DNA of 64,000 bases, taken from Coriobacteriia bacterium. GTDB lineage: Bacteria > Actinomycetota > Coriobacteriia > Coriobacteriales > Eggerthellaceae. Positions 35,244 to 45,113 of the stretch are shown here, piece after piece. The translations under genes were made by a program, and so were the position numbers. The stretch lies in contig JAUNOE010000001.1 in NCBI GenBank assembly GCA_030537255.1, positions 11,397 through 75,396 on the forward strand, written 5' to 3'. The first letter of the stretch is position 1, and the number at the start of each line of letters is the position of its first letter. The notes beneath the pieces are model-generated. The model saw only the letters and a list, made by a program, of their open reading frames with translations. It ran no database searches and was not told the DNA's origin.

Positions 35244-37580
35244 CTAGCGGCGCTTCCACCTGCGCAGACGCAGAGCATTGGTCACCACGCACAGGCTCGA
35301 AGCGCTCATGCAAGCTGCGGCAATCCAGGGGTTCAGGCTAATCCCCACCCAAACCAGAGCGCCAGCCGCAACGGGAATGCACACCGCGTTGTAGAACAAA
35401 GCCCAAAACAGATTCTGCTTGATGTTGCGCAGAGTGGCTCTCGACAAATCCAAGGCAGCCACGACGTCCCGCAGATCGCTTTGCACCAGAACGATGTCAG
35501 CAGCGTCAAGAGCGATATCGGTTCCCGCGCCCACCGCCACGCCAACATCGGCACGAGCCAAGGCGGGAGCATCGTTGATGCCGTCACCCACCATGACCAC
35601 CTTGCCCTCACAGGCCAGCTTACGCACGACCTCTTCCTTGCCCTCCGGCAGCACCCCCGCGATCACCCGTTGGATGCCTACCTCGTCAGCAATAGCCCGA
35701 GCGGTACGTTCGTCGTCTCCGGTCAGCATGACGGTGGCAATGCCCTGCTTGCGCAGATCCGAAATTGCCTCGGCACTTCCCGGCTTTGCCACGTCAGCCA
35801 GAGCGATAAGGCCATGCACCTCGCCCGACCAGGCAAAGAAAAGCACCGTTTTGCCTTCGCAGGAAAGCTCGTCGGCTCGCTTATGGCAAATCTCCAAGGA
35901 GATACCCTGGTCAGCCATAAGTCGAGCATTGCCCGCAAAGCATTCGATGCCCTCTATTTCGGCCCTGATGCCACCGCCGGCAATCTGCTCAAAGCCCCAA
36001 ATCGCTCCGTCTACCTGGTCAGGCGTCGGCGCAGAGGAAGCGCCCTTGTCCGACACCACGCCCCGATCGAAGGCATAGGCCACAATCGCACGCGCCAAAG
36101 GGTGCTCAGAACGCTTTTCCGCCGCATAGGCCAAGAAAACCAGTTGAGACTCTTCCACTCCGAAGGCCTCAACATTGGTAACCTGCGGTGCACCCTGCGT
36201 AATGGTGCCCGTCTTGTCGAACACAACGGTCCGCGCAGCCTGCGCAGTCTCAAGCGCTTCTGCGCTCTTGACCAGGATGCCTTCGGTAGCACCACGCCCC
36301 ATGCCTACCATGATGGCCGTGGGCGTTGCCAGGCCTAGCGCACAGGGGCAACTGATCACCAGAACGCTGATGCCATGATTTACGGCCGCCGCAAAGTCGC
36401 CAAAGACCACCAGCCACACCAAGAAGGTGAGCAGGGCAGCCGCGATGACCACGGGAACGAAGACGGCGCTGATGCGATCGGCCAAACGTTCGATAGGGGC
36501 CTTAGATGAAGTGGCATCGTCAACCAGATGGATGATGCCCGCCAGCGCGGTGTCCGAGCCAACATGTTCGGCACGCATGGTAAACCAGCCCGACACGCTG
36601 GTGGTAGCACCCGTCACCTTGCTTCCCGGACCCACCTCCACGGGAACGCTTTCGCCCGTGAGCATGGACTGATCGATGGAGGCAGAACCCTCCAAGACGA
36701 CACCGTCAGCGGGCACGCTTTCTCCAGCGCGCACCACCAAGACGTCCCCAGGGCGCAACTGGTCGGCAAGGACTTCTTCTTCGTGGCCGTCAATCAAGCG
36801 ACAAGCCCTCTTGGGAGCCAGGTCGACCAGCTTTGCCAAGGAATCGGTGGTATGGCCCTTGGCGCGGGCCTCGAAGAACTTGCCCAGCGTGATCAAAGTA
36901 AGGATCATACCCGCCGATTCGAAATAGGAATCCATTGCAGCCTCATGCGCGCCGGCAAGATCGCCCGCGCCTAGGGCAATGCCCACACGGTACAGAGTGG
37001 AAACGCCGTAGAGCGTAGAAGCCGTCGCACCCAAGGCGACCAGGGAATCCATGTTGGGAGACCCGTGAACGAGGCTCACAAAGCCCACGCGGAAGAACTT
37101 GAAGTTCACGAACACGATAGGCAGCAACAGCAAGAACTGAGTCAGCACGAAGCTCATCATGTTTGCGTGTCCCGAAAGGAAAGACGGGATAGGCCAACCC
37201 AGCATGTGGCCCATGCTGAGATAGAACAGCGGCACGCAAAACACTATGCTCACGATCAGGCGTCGCCGCATCATCCGCAATTCTTCCCCTGCGGCACTCC
37301 CCGCCGAAGACCCAACCGAAAGGGCTGTCCCATCGGTGCCCGCCAGCGCAAAGGAGCCATCGCCGGCACCCTCTAGTAGCCGGGCGCCATAGCCCGCCTT
37401 TGCAACAGCGAAACAAATGGCGTTGGTTACGGCGGGAGAGCCGTCGTATTCCACCTCCATCGAATTCTTCAACAAGTTGACCACGACATCGCTGACTCCC
37501 GGGACGGCCGCGGTCACCTTCGTTACCCGCGCCGAGCAGGCGGCGCAAGTCATGCCCGTGACGGCAAATTTCTTTTTCAT
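35244..37580 (-). CDS. copA: copper-translocating P1B-type ATPase
   Basis: GMTCAAC, CPC, DKTGT, SEHPLA, GDGINDAP and YN motifs. Confidence 0.95.
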   Translation of the reverse strand: MKKKFAVTGMTCAACSARVTKVTAAVPGVSDVVVNLLKNSMEVEYDGSPAVTNAICFAVAKAGYGARLLEGAGDGSFALAGTDGTALSVGSSAGSAAGEELRMMRRRLIVSIVFCVPLFYLSMGHMLGWPIPSFLSGHANMMSFVLTQFLLLLPIVFVNFKFFRVGFVSLVHGSPNMDSLVALGATASTLYGVSTLYRVGIALGAGDLAGAHEAAMDSYFESAGMILTLITLGKFFEARAKGHTTDSLAKLVDLAPKRACRLIDGHEEEVLADQLRPGDVLVVRAGESVPADGVVLEGSASIDQSMLTGESVPVEVGPGSKVTGATTSVSGWFTMRAEHVGSDTALAGIIHLVDDATSSKAPIERLADRISAVFVPVVIAAALLTFLVWLVVFGDFAAAVNHGISVLVISCPCALGLATPTAIMVGMGRGATEGILVKSAEALETAQAARTVVFDKTGTITQGAPQVTNVEAFGVEESQLVFLAYAAEKRSEHPLARAIVAYAFDRGVVSDKGASSAPTPDQVDGAIWGFEQIAGGGIRAEIEGIECFAGNARLMADQGISLEICHKRADELSCEGKTVLFFAWSGEVHGLIALADVAKPGSAEAISDLRKQGIATVMLTGDDERTARAIADEVGIQRVIAGVLPEGKEEVVRKLACEGKVVMVGDGINDAPALARADVGVAVGAGTDIALDAADIVLVQSDLRDVVAALDLSRATLRNIKQNLFWALFYNAVCIPVAAGALVWVGISLNPWIAAACMSASSLCVVTNALRLRRWKRR

Positions 37581-37607
37581 TCAGAGCTTCTTTCTGGGCA
37601 AGGGGAG

Positions 37608-37952
37608 CTACTTGGCAAAGCGCTTTACCAGCTGCATGGCTTCTTCGATGACCGAATCGTCTCCCTCACGGACACGCTCGACCACACAGGTTTCCATATG
37701 GTCCTGAAGCAGCATGAGGGAGATGTTGTGCACGGCGGTTTCCACTGCAGATAGCTGCGTGAGAACATCGCCGCAATAGCGGTTGTCGTCAATCATTCCC
37801 TTGATGCCATTGAGCTGGCCAATGGCCCGGTTGAGCCTACGCTGCAAGTCTGCTTGGAATTGCTCCGTACGAGGCGTGTCCTTGTGACGACACCGACACA
37901 CGCATTTGCCCACGCCCTGAGGGGCCTCAGGTTCCATATTTGAACAGTCCAT
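37608..37952 (-). CDS. csoR: CsoR family metal-sensing repressor
   Basis: RLNRAIGQLNGI...YCGDVLTQ...HMETCV with Cys/His/Cys ligands. Confidence 0.92.
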   Translation of the reverse strand: MDCSNMEPEAPQGVGKCVCRCRHKDTPRTEQFQADLQRRLNRAIGQLNGIKGMIDDNRYCGDVLTQLSAVETAVHNISLMLLQDHMETCVVERVREGDDSVIEEAMQLVKRFAK

Positions 37953-37991
37953 GAATTCTCATCCTTTTATTTGCTTGCATTTGTGCACATC

Positions 37992-38012
37992 ATATACCCC
38001 CTAGGGGTATAT
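37992..38012. promoter_or_regulatory. CsoR operator
   Basis: ATATACCCC-CTA-GGGGTATAT palindrome upstream of csoR-copA. Confidence 0.85.
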
Positions 38013-38142
38013 ATACTCCCTAGTTTTTCGCATTTGTCGACACAGGTAAAAGCCAGACCAAAAAGGCGGGTAGAATATGCCTTCTGGGGAAGTCGTCCCC
38101 TAAAAAGCAACCAAGCCAGCGCGAGAAACGGAACACAAAACA

Positions 38143-40251
38143 ATGACCTCGCAGAACGATATGAACGGACGGGAGGGAACGCCTCCCCGTCGCACCCAAG
38201 TTCCCCGCATGTCCGTGCCCAGCGCACGCGAAGAACTCGAGCGGGAGAGTCGCGCCTATTCTAGCAATCAGGGCAGGGGCAGTTGGTCGAACGAGTCTCC
38301 TTCCGAAATGGAAGGCCGCGCCCGTGCTGCACGCCAGCTGACGGATCATGACTACATGGCCCCCCTCCGCGGAGACCGTGCTGCCACCCAGAGAAACTAC
38401 CGCGGCATGGACGGTGCCGCGCGCACTGGATCATTCCGCGCACAAGAACCCAGCCGTGCCCACAGCGCAGCCGATCATCGCCCCCTGGCAAACGCCCGCG
38501 AAGAAGAAGCCCTCACGGGTCAGCGTCGCTATGCCGACACCTCTTCGCGCCATTACCGCTCCGACGCACAGGAGCGCCCCAGCAGGCCTTCGGTCCGTCG
38601 CAAGCAAGAAGCAAAGCGCCCTTCGGTCCGCAAACGCACCGAAGGCGGCACCGCTCAGGCTCGCCCCAGTGAGCCCCAGGACTACCGCGAGCGCGCAAAC
38701 GCCCGCTTTGCAGCAGAACCCCAGGCAGCAAGCGCCGAAGATGCCAGCGCCTATTCGCGTTACGAAAACGCCCGCGACTACCGCGCCGCACGCACGTCTT
38801 CGCGCTACTCCCGCAACGATCAAGCTGCCCACGAACGCTATCGCAATCTTGAGGAAGTCCCCGAGGACCGCGAACCCGGCATGCGCGGTGCAGCCGAAGG
38901 CGTCGGACGTGCCTTGCGTGGAGCAACGGGAACCGCAAGCCGCTTCGTACCCATGGGCACGCCCGGCAATGCCCCCAAGGACCACCTTCCCAACCCCATG
39001 AATCGCGCCCGCAAGCTCATCATCGGCGCCGCAGCAGCCATTGCCGTGATCGCCGTCGGCACCTTCGGGTTCCAAAACTGGGATGCCAACCGACCCGTGC
39101 ACATCATGCTGAATGACCAGGAAGTCACGGTTGAGGGCGGCCAGCGCTCCGTCGAGGGCCTACTGGACGCCGGCACCGTTTCGGTCACCCCCGGCAACTA
39201 TGTTGCGGTAAACGGAGACACCCTGCGTGAGGGCGAAGGCAACCGCGCTTCGGCAAAGATCAACGGCAATGACGTCGAAGACCTTTCCACCCATCTCTAC
39301 GATGGCGACCAGGTGAAGGTGACCAACGGCACGGACATCACCGAGCCCTACACCGACACCGATGAAAAGGAAATCAACTTCAAGACCAAGATCGAAGGTG
39401 CCGGTCCCATGCACGTCTACACGTCCAAGGGCGAAAAGGGCACCAAGGTGACACGCACCGGCCAGGAATCCGGCATCTCCACCGAAGTGGTGACCAAGGA
39501 AGCCAAGGACACGGTGATGACCAAGTACCACGTCGACACCAAGGGTGATAAGGTCATCGCCCTGACCTTCGACGACGGTCCCTGGCCCACCACCACCAAT
39601 GAAATCCTGGACATCCTGAAGAAGAACGACGCCAAAGCCACCTTCTTCACCATTGGCCAGCAGATTGCCAGCCACACCGACAGCGTCAAGCGCATGATGG
39701 AAGATGGTCACCAGATCTGCACCCACACCTATGACCATGCCGCCGGTTCGGGCAAGGGCGTGAACATCACCTACATGTCCAAGAAGGAACAGCAGGAAGA
39801 AATCAAGAAGGGCTACGAGTGCATCAAGGAAGTCACGGGCGCTGACGCAAGCACCGTGGTGCGCCTGCCCGGTGGCAACCTCAACGAAGACACGGCCGCC
39901 AACATCAAGGACCTCATCACCTGCGAAGCTGGCTGGAGCCTGGACACCCAGGACTGGAGTCGTCCCGGCGCCGACCATATCTACAACGTGCTCATGCAGG
40001 CGGAAGGCGGTTCCATCATCCTGATGCATGATGGCGGTGGCGACCGCAGCCAGACGGTCGAAGCGGTAAAGCGCGCTCTGCCTAAGCTGGCGGAGAAGGG
40101 CTACAAGTTTGTCACGCTTGACGAAATGCTGGAGAAGTATCCCTACGAAGGCTCAAGCGACGCTTCGTCAGACAGCTCGGACGCATCCGACAGCCAGGCC
40201 GATCCTGATTCGGATACGTCCGACAACCAGGACAACCAGGACAACCAGTAA
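38143..40251 (+). CDS. membrane-anchored polysaccharide (peptidoglycan) deacetylase, CE4/NodB, with a long disordered N-terminus
   Basis: TFDDGP, HTYDH, RLPGG, DTQDW and LMHD motifs; single TM helix near residue 292-310. Confidence 0.9.
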   Translation: MTSQNDMNGREGTPPRRTQVPRMSVPSAREELERESRAYSSNQGRGSWSNESPSEMEGRARAARQLTDHDYMAPLRGDRAATQRNYRGMDGAARTGSFRAQEPSRAHSAADHRPLANAREEEALTGQRRYADTSSRHYRSDAQERPSRPSVRRKQEAKRPSVRKRTEGGTAQARPSEPQDYRERANARFAAEPQAASAEDASAYSRYENARDYRAARTSSRYSRNDQAAHERYRNLEEVPEDREPGMRGAAEGVGRALRGATGTASRFVPMGTPGNAPKDHLPNPMNRARKLIIGAAAAIAVIAVGTFGFQNWDANRPVHIMLNDQEVTVEGGQRSVEGLLDAGTVSVTPGNYVAVNGDTLREGEGNRASAKINGNDVEDLSTHLYDGDQVKVTNGTDITEPYTDTDEKEINFKTKIEGAGPMHVYTSKGEKGTKVTRTGQESGISTEVVTKEAKDTVMTKYHVDTKGDKVIALTFDDGPWPTTTNEILDILKKNDAKATFFTIGQQIASHTDSVKRMMEDGHQICTHTYDHAAGSGKGVNITYMSKKEQQEEIKKGYECIKEVTGADASTVVRLPGGNLNEDTAANIKDLITCEAGWSLDTQDWSRPGADHIYNVLMQAEGGSIILMHDGGGDRSQTVEAVKRALPKLAEKGYKFVTLDEMLEKYPYEGSSDASSDSSDASDSQADPDSDTSDNQDNQDNQ

Positions 40252-40324
40252 ATCCTTCGATCCTGAAACCAGGAACAAATGACCAGTTTCTTCAGGCGAA
40301 TTTAAGCTTCGAGGATAGAATCCA

Positions 40325-40361
40325 AGGGTGGTAGGAACCATGCGTTCTTGCCACCCTTTTT
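40325..40361 (+). terminator. intrinsic terminator
   Basis: AGGGTGGTAGGAAC / GTTCTTGCCACCCT stem followed by a T-run. Confidence 0.65.
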
Positions 40362-40382
40362 CGTTAGGCAGAAGGAGAGACC

Positions 40383-41063
40383 ATGCAAGTGCTCATCGCC
40401 GAAGACGACGTCCGCCTGGCCCAAGCGCTCAGTGCGATCCTCGAAGACAACGACTACCACGTCGACGTAGTGCATGATGGGCAATCCGCCCTTGATTACG
40501 GCGAAAGCGGCATCTACGACGTCATCATCCTGGACGTCATGATGCCCAAGATGGATGGCCTGGAGGTTGTTGCCCGGCTACGCCGCCATGGCGTTTCCAC
40601 CCCCGTATTGATGCTGACCGCACGCGCCGAAATTTCCGACAAGATACGCGGGCTCGACTCCGGAGCCGACGACTACATGACCAAGCCCTTCAGCCCCGCT
40701 GAACTGCTTGCCCACCTTCGTGCACTTTTGCGCCGCCATGGCGAGGTCCACTTCGAAGTGACGCGCGTGGGCAACGTCGAGCTGGATTTGGACAACCAAG
40801 ATCTGCGCGCCGACGACAAGACCGTGCATCTGAGCCACAAGGAGTTCCAGCTGGCACGTCTGCTCATGACCAATCACGACCAGGTGATCCCCAAGGAAAC
40901 CATTCGCAGCAAGGTCTGGGGCGTCGATTCCGATGCCGAAGACAACAACGTGGAAGCCTACGTTTCGTTCCTGCGCAAGAAGCTCCGTTTCGTGGGAGCT
41001 GATGTGCAGATCGAAGCCCTGCGCAAATTGGGATACCGCCTTTCCGTCAAGGAAAGCGCATGA
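40383..41063 (+). CDS. OmpR family response regulator
   Basis: AEDD, ILDVMMPKMDG, GADDYMTKPF motifs and winged-helix domain. Confidence 0.95.
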   Translation: MQVLIAEDDVRLAQALSAILEDNDYHVDVVHDGQSALDYGESGIYDVIILDVMMPKMDGLEVVARLRRHGVSTPVLMLTARAEISDKIRGLDSGADDYMTKPFSPAELLAHLRALLRRHGEVHFEVTRVGNVELDLDNQDLRADDKTVHLSHKEFQLARLLMTNHDQVIPKETIRSKVWGVDSDAEDNNVEAYVSFLRKKLRFVGADVQIEALRKLGYRLSVKESA

Positions 41064-42412
41064 CGAACGAGCACAACAACACAATGCTCTCCAAGCTGCG
41101 CAACAAATTCGTTGCGTTAAACATGGTCTGCGTCGCTTTGGTACTCGTAGTGGTGCTCGGCGGCATCCTCTTCGTTAGTCACCAGCAAGACCAGACGGAA
41201 ATCGACGAAGCCCTTGATTCTGCCCTCAATCCGTATATCACCGCTGAGTTGGCACAATCGACCAACACAAGCACCCAGCACGTCCTTGATTACATCCGGG
41301 CGCAGGAAAGCACCACAGGGGGAAGCCCCACGTCACGCATCGGCAGACAGCATAACTTTGACCCCACCCCCATTGCGGTCTACCAGGTAAGCAGCAAAGG
41401 AGACTGCACCTATCTCTCTGAAGCAAGCTCGGCCTGCCTGTCTGAGTCAGTGGTCGAGGAGGCCCTAAACGGGGCACTGGGCAATCCCCAACTGGATACC
41501 AACACGTCTCCTTGCCTGGTCAAATCCCAGCTGGATTCGCTTGATCTGTACTACCACGCAGCCTACGTGAACGGAACCGTATATATTGCCTTCGCCGACT
41601 CAAGCGCCATCGAGCGCTGGCAAGGACTGGCCCTTATCTTGGCAATCGGTGGCGTGGGCGCTTTGCTGCTGTTCTTTCTCATCAGCATCGTATTCAGCCG
41701 CTGGGCCCTGAAACCCGTCGAGGCATCATGGCAGGCACAGAAAAACTTCGTGGCTGACGCCTCACATGAATTGAAGACTCCCCTCACGGTGATTCTGGCC
41801 AACAACTCCATCCTGCAAAAGCATGGCAGCAGCTCGGTAGCCAGCCAATCGCAATGGATCGAAAGCACCGAACACGAAGCCAAGCGCATGCAAGGCTTGG
41901 TTAACGACATGCTCACACTAGCGCGCCTCGACGAAGGAGTTCCTGGCACCCAGGCGCACGAAACGGTCGATCTGTCTACCGTAGTCGAAGGCTGCCTGCT
42001 GCAATTCGAATCCCTGGCCTGGGAAAAGAACATTCAGATCACGGATCGAGTCGATGAAAACGTCATCACGAAGGGCGACCACAAGCAACTGGCGCGCCTG
42101 GTCAACACCTTGCTGGAAAACGCCTGCAAGTACGCTGGAGAAGGCGGTCAGGTTGCCGTGAGGCTAAGCAGGACCGGGACGCAAGCCTGCCTCTCGGTGA
42201 CAAACTCGGGCACTACCATTCCAGAAGAAGACCTTCCCCATGTATTTGACCGCTTCTACCGCGCAGACAAGGCACGCACCCATAGCGAAGCGGCAGGACA
42301 TGGCCTGGGATTGTCCATTGCTGGCAAGATCGTCCAAGCGCACGAAGGAAGCATTGGAGTGGCCAGCACGGACGGACAGACCACCTTCCTGGTGAAGCTC
42401 CCCCTGGACTAA
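41060..42412 (+). CDS. sensor histidine kinase
   Basis: Two TM segments; ADASHELKTPL H-box, LLENACKY, FDRFYR and GHGLGLSIA motifs. Confidence 0.95.
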   Translation: MTNEHNNTMLSKLRNKFVALNMVCVALVLVVVLGGILFVSHQQDQTEIDEALDSALNPYITAELAQSTNTSTQHVLDYIRAQESTTGGSPTSRIGRQHNFDPTPIAVYQVSSKGDCTYLSEASSACLSESVVEEALNGALGNPQLDTNTSPCLVKSQLDSLDLYYHAAYVNGTVYIAFADSSAIERWQGLALILAIGGVGALLLFFLISIVFSRWALKPVEASWQAQKNFVADASHELKTPLTVILANNSILQKHGSSSVASQSQWIESTEHEAKRMQGLVNDMLTLARLDEGVPGTQAHETVDLSTVVEGCLLQFESLAWEKNIQITDRVDENVITKGDHKQLARLVNTLLENACKYAGEGGQVAVRLSRTGTQACLSVTNSGTTIPEEDLPHVFDRFYRADKARTHSEAAGHGLGLSIAGKIVQAHEGSIGVASTDGQTTFLVKLPLD

Positions 42413-42486
42413 CGGATCTGCTCAATTGCCCGCCTTGCCGGGTCGCACGGTGACGCTGTTTGGCACAGCGTCACCATTTTTTTTGA

Positions 42487-42655
42487 TTTTTGGACAAAAA
42501 CCGAGACTATGGACGATTCACTTTTGCGCCTAAGCCAATGAGATAATTTGCCAACTCGCTGACCTGGGCTTTTGATGAACATAATCCGCAGCAGGCATGA
42601 AGAATGGCGATTCCGTCCGGAGAATTCGTCCATAGCGTTAATTTTTGTCCAGAAA
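42487..42655. repeat. intergenic element with 30-bp imperfect terminal inverted repeats
   Basis: TTTTTGGACAAAAA-N6-CTATGGACGA / TCGTCCATAG-N6-TTTTTGTCCAGAAA; TGACCTG near the centre. Confidence 0.6.
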
Positions 42656-42862
42656 AGCCCGATTCTGCTTACTCTCCGCGGCATATCGCGACCCAGACAA
42701 ACACCGCAAACCGGCAAATGTCACAACCCGGGCAAACATCCCAAACAAAACGGGGGGCTTTCCTTCTAGAAGTTTCCCTACTGAAAGCTTTGAACTGCCT
42801 CCCATTTCTTGGACATGAGAAACGGGAGGCAGTTCACCTCCCCTCCGGGAGCTTCCCTTTTT

Positions 42863-43450
42863 CTAGCTCGCCACGCGCGCACTCACGTCACGAATGGCCG
42901 CATCGTAGATCAAGTGACCCATTTGGGCCTTTGATATTTCACCGGGATCTTCGAGCCAGCGCGAAATCATGAAGAGCGTGCCCGTAAGGGTGTACTCAAG
43001 GATAAGATCGACTTCCTGTTCGGTGTGGTCTCCCACGTCATCTACCACGTATTCGCGCCACAAGGGCTTCAAGCCTTGCTTCAACTTGAGCAGGAAGGAA
43101 GGGTCCCCTTGGGTTCCCAGAAGCACCACAATGTGGCGCTTGTTCTTTTCGTAATAGGCAACGACCTCGGCCAAAGCCGCAATACGAGCAAGCTTGCCAC
43201 CATCAGAAGCAAGCTTGCGCATGCATGTGGCAACGCAGCTGAGCATGCCTTCCAGGAAGCGGTGCTCAATGATTTCAAGCAGCTGATACACGTCCTGATA
43301 ATGGACATAGAACGTACCTCGGCTGCACCCTGCGGCAGCGCAAACCTGAGCAACGGTGATTTTCTCGATGGGACGGGTGACATACAGATCCCAAAAGGCA
43401 TCCTCGATGGAAGCCCTGGTTCGTGCGGTCTGTTCAGGTCGTTTTCTCAT
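42863..43450 (-). CDS. TetR/AcrR family regulator
   Basis: ITVAQVCAAAGCSRGTFYVHY HTH. Confidence 0.93.
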   Translation of the reverse strand: MRKRPEQTARTRASIEDAFWDLYVTRPIEKITVAQVCAAAGCSRGTFYVHYQDVYQLLEIIEHRFLEGMLSCVATCMRKLASDGGKLARIAALAEVVAYYEKNKRHIVVLLGTQGDPSFLLKLKQGLKPLWREYVVDDVGDHTEQEVDLILEYTLTGTLFMISRWLEDPGEISKAQMGHLIYDAAIRDVSARVAS

Positions 43451-43498
43451 GCGCTCAACCCTACCACGCCTAAATACCCAAAGCAGCGCCCTTGTGGG

Positions 43499-44257
43499 TT
43501 AATCCCGCCTACCGGCCCTACGCCAACGGGTCAGACGCCTCTCACACACATCAAATACCAGGTAAATGCCTACACCCAGGATGGCCAAGGCAATGATGCC
43601 GGCAAACATGCGCGGATAGTTCACCATAGCCCAGGAGTTCATGATGAAGTAGCCCAAGCCCGTGGAACCCGCAATGGATTCGCTGAAGAACAGCACAGCA
43701 ATGGCAATAGCCACGGAAACACGCAGGGTCGTGAACAACTCGGGCAACGTACTCGGGATGACCACATGACGCCACACATCCAAGCGACTGCCACCCAGGC
43801 TTCTGACCGATGTCACCGTCTCTTCGGGAATCGAACGGGCAGCATCCCTCATGACCATGACCACCTGGAAGAAGATCGTCAACGTGATAAGAGCAATCTT
43901 TGGAGTACCACCCAGGCCCAACAGAACTAGGAGGATAGGCAGAATCACAATCTTGGGCAACGGATACAGAATGTACAACACGGGTGCAAACAAGGCATCC
44001 ACCCTACGAGACCTACCCAGGAACAAACCTAACGGCAAGCCCAGCAAGGTACCAATGACCAAAGAACAACCCACGCGATGCAAGCTGATCATAAAGTCAG
44101 GCACCAAGGACTCGGCATATGCGCAAAACACCGGGATGGTGTCTTGGGGGGTGGGGAAGGCGGGGGTGTCAAGAGCGAGCGAACCCAGCTCCCAAGCCAG
44201 AAGCACGAAGCAAACAGCAAAGGCGTAGCAAAGCACTTCTTTCAACACACGGTTCAC
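43499..44257 (-). CDS. ABC transporter permease (SsuC/TauC-like)
   Basis: YPLPKIVILP, EAA-like loop SVRSLGGSRLDV, and GLGY. Confidence 0.92.
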   Translation of the reverse strand: MNRVLKEVLCYAFAVCFVLLAWELGSLALDTPAFPTPQDTIPVFCAYAESLVPDFMISLHRVGCSLVIGTLLGLPLGLFLGRSRRVDALFAPVLYILYPLPKIVILPILLVLLGLGGTPKIALITLTIFFQVVMVMRDAARSIPEETVTSVRSLGGSRLDVWRHVVIPSTLPELFTTLRVSVAIAIAVLFFSESIAGSTGLGYFIMNSWAMVNYPRMFAGIIALAILGVGIYLVFDVCERRLTRWRRAGRRD

Positions 44258-45030
44258 AGCTGAGCCTCCTTAGCCTTGCAGACGCCCTCATCCAAGGCGC
44301 GGCGAACTTCCTTACAGCGTTCGAAGAAGCGATTGTCCAAACGGTACTCACGGCTTCCGGCATCCGGATTGTCAATGACGGCAACCACGCGGCTAGGAGG
44401 GGGTGCCATGACCACGATACGCTGACCCAGATATACGGCCTCTTCGATCGAATGGGTCACCAGAATCTGGGTGTGACCCTCCTGCCGCCACAGATCAAGC
44501 AAGGTATCCTGCAACTCTTCGCGCAGCAGGGCATCAAGCGCCGAAAGAGGCTCGTCCATCAGGAGCAAATCCACGTCCATAGCGATGGCACGCGCCAGGG
44601 CCAGGCGCTGCTGCATGCCACCCGATAACTCAGCAGGGAAGCGATTCTCAAAGCCTGCCAAACCCACGGTTTGGAGAGCTGCGTGGGTGCGCTCGCTACG
44701 TTCCTTAACAGGAATCTTGCGAATCTTCAGACCAAGCTCAGCATTGTCGTGCACCGTCTTCCAGGGAAGCAGGCCAAAGTCCTGAAGAATGAGCGCCGTC
44801 CCCTGGCGAGGTCCCTCGACCACGGAGCCATCAATCGTCACCACACCTGAGCTGGGCTTCATCAGACCAGCAGCCAGGCGCAGCAAGGTTGACTTGCCAC
44901 AACCAGATGGGCCGATGATGGATACCGCTTCGCCCGACGCCACCGCAAGGTCCAAGCCATCAAGCGCCCGAAGGCTGTCTTCTCCTTCGGAATGGTAATC
45001 GACGGTCACGCCGTCAAACTTCAGGTTCAT
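44254..45030 (-). CDS. ABC transporter ATP-binding protein (SsuB/TauB-like)
   Basis: GPSGCGKS, LSGGMQQR, DEPLSALD and VTHSIEEA motifs. Confidence 0.95.
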   Translation of the reverse strand: MNLKFDGVTVDYHSEGEDSLRALDGLDLAVASGEAVSIIGPSGCGKSTLLRLAAGLMKPSSGVVTIDGSVVEGPRQGTALILQDFGLLPWKTVHDNAELGLKIRKIPVKERSERTHAALQTVGLAGFENRFPAELSGGMQQRLALARAIAMDVDLLLMDEPLSALDALLREELQDTLLDLWRQEGHTQILVTHSIEEAVYLGQRIVVMAPPPSRVVAVIDNPDAGSREYRLDNRFFERCKEVRRALDEGVCKAKEAQL

Positions 45031-45113
45031 CTTCGTGAAAACCCCCGATTCCAAACAACGAGCCAGACCACACGGCCTGGCTCGTTGAGTCTCATGCGTT
45101 GTGTCGCTCTATT

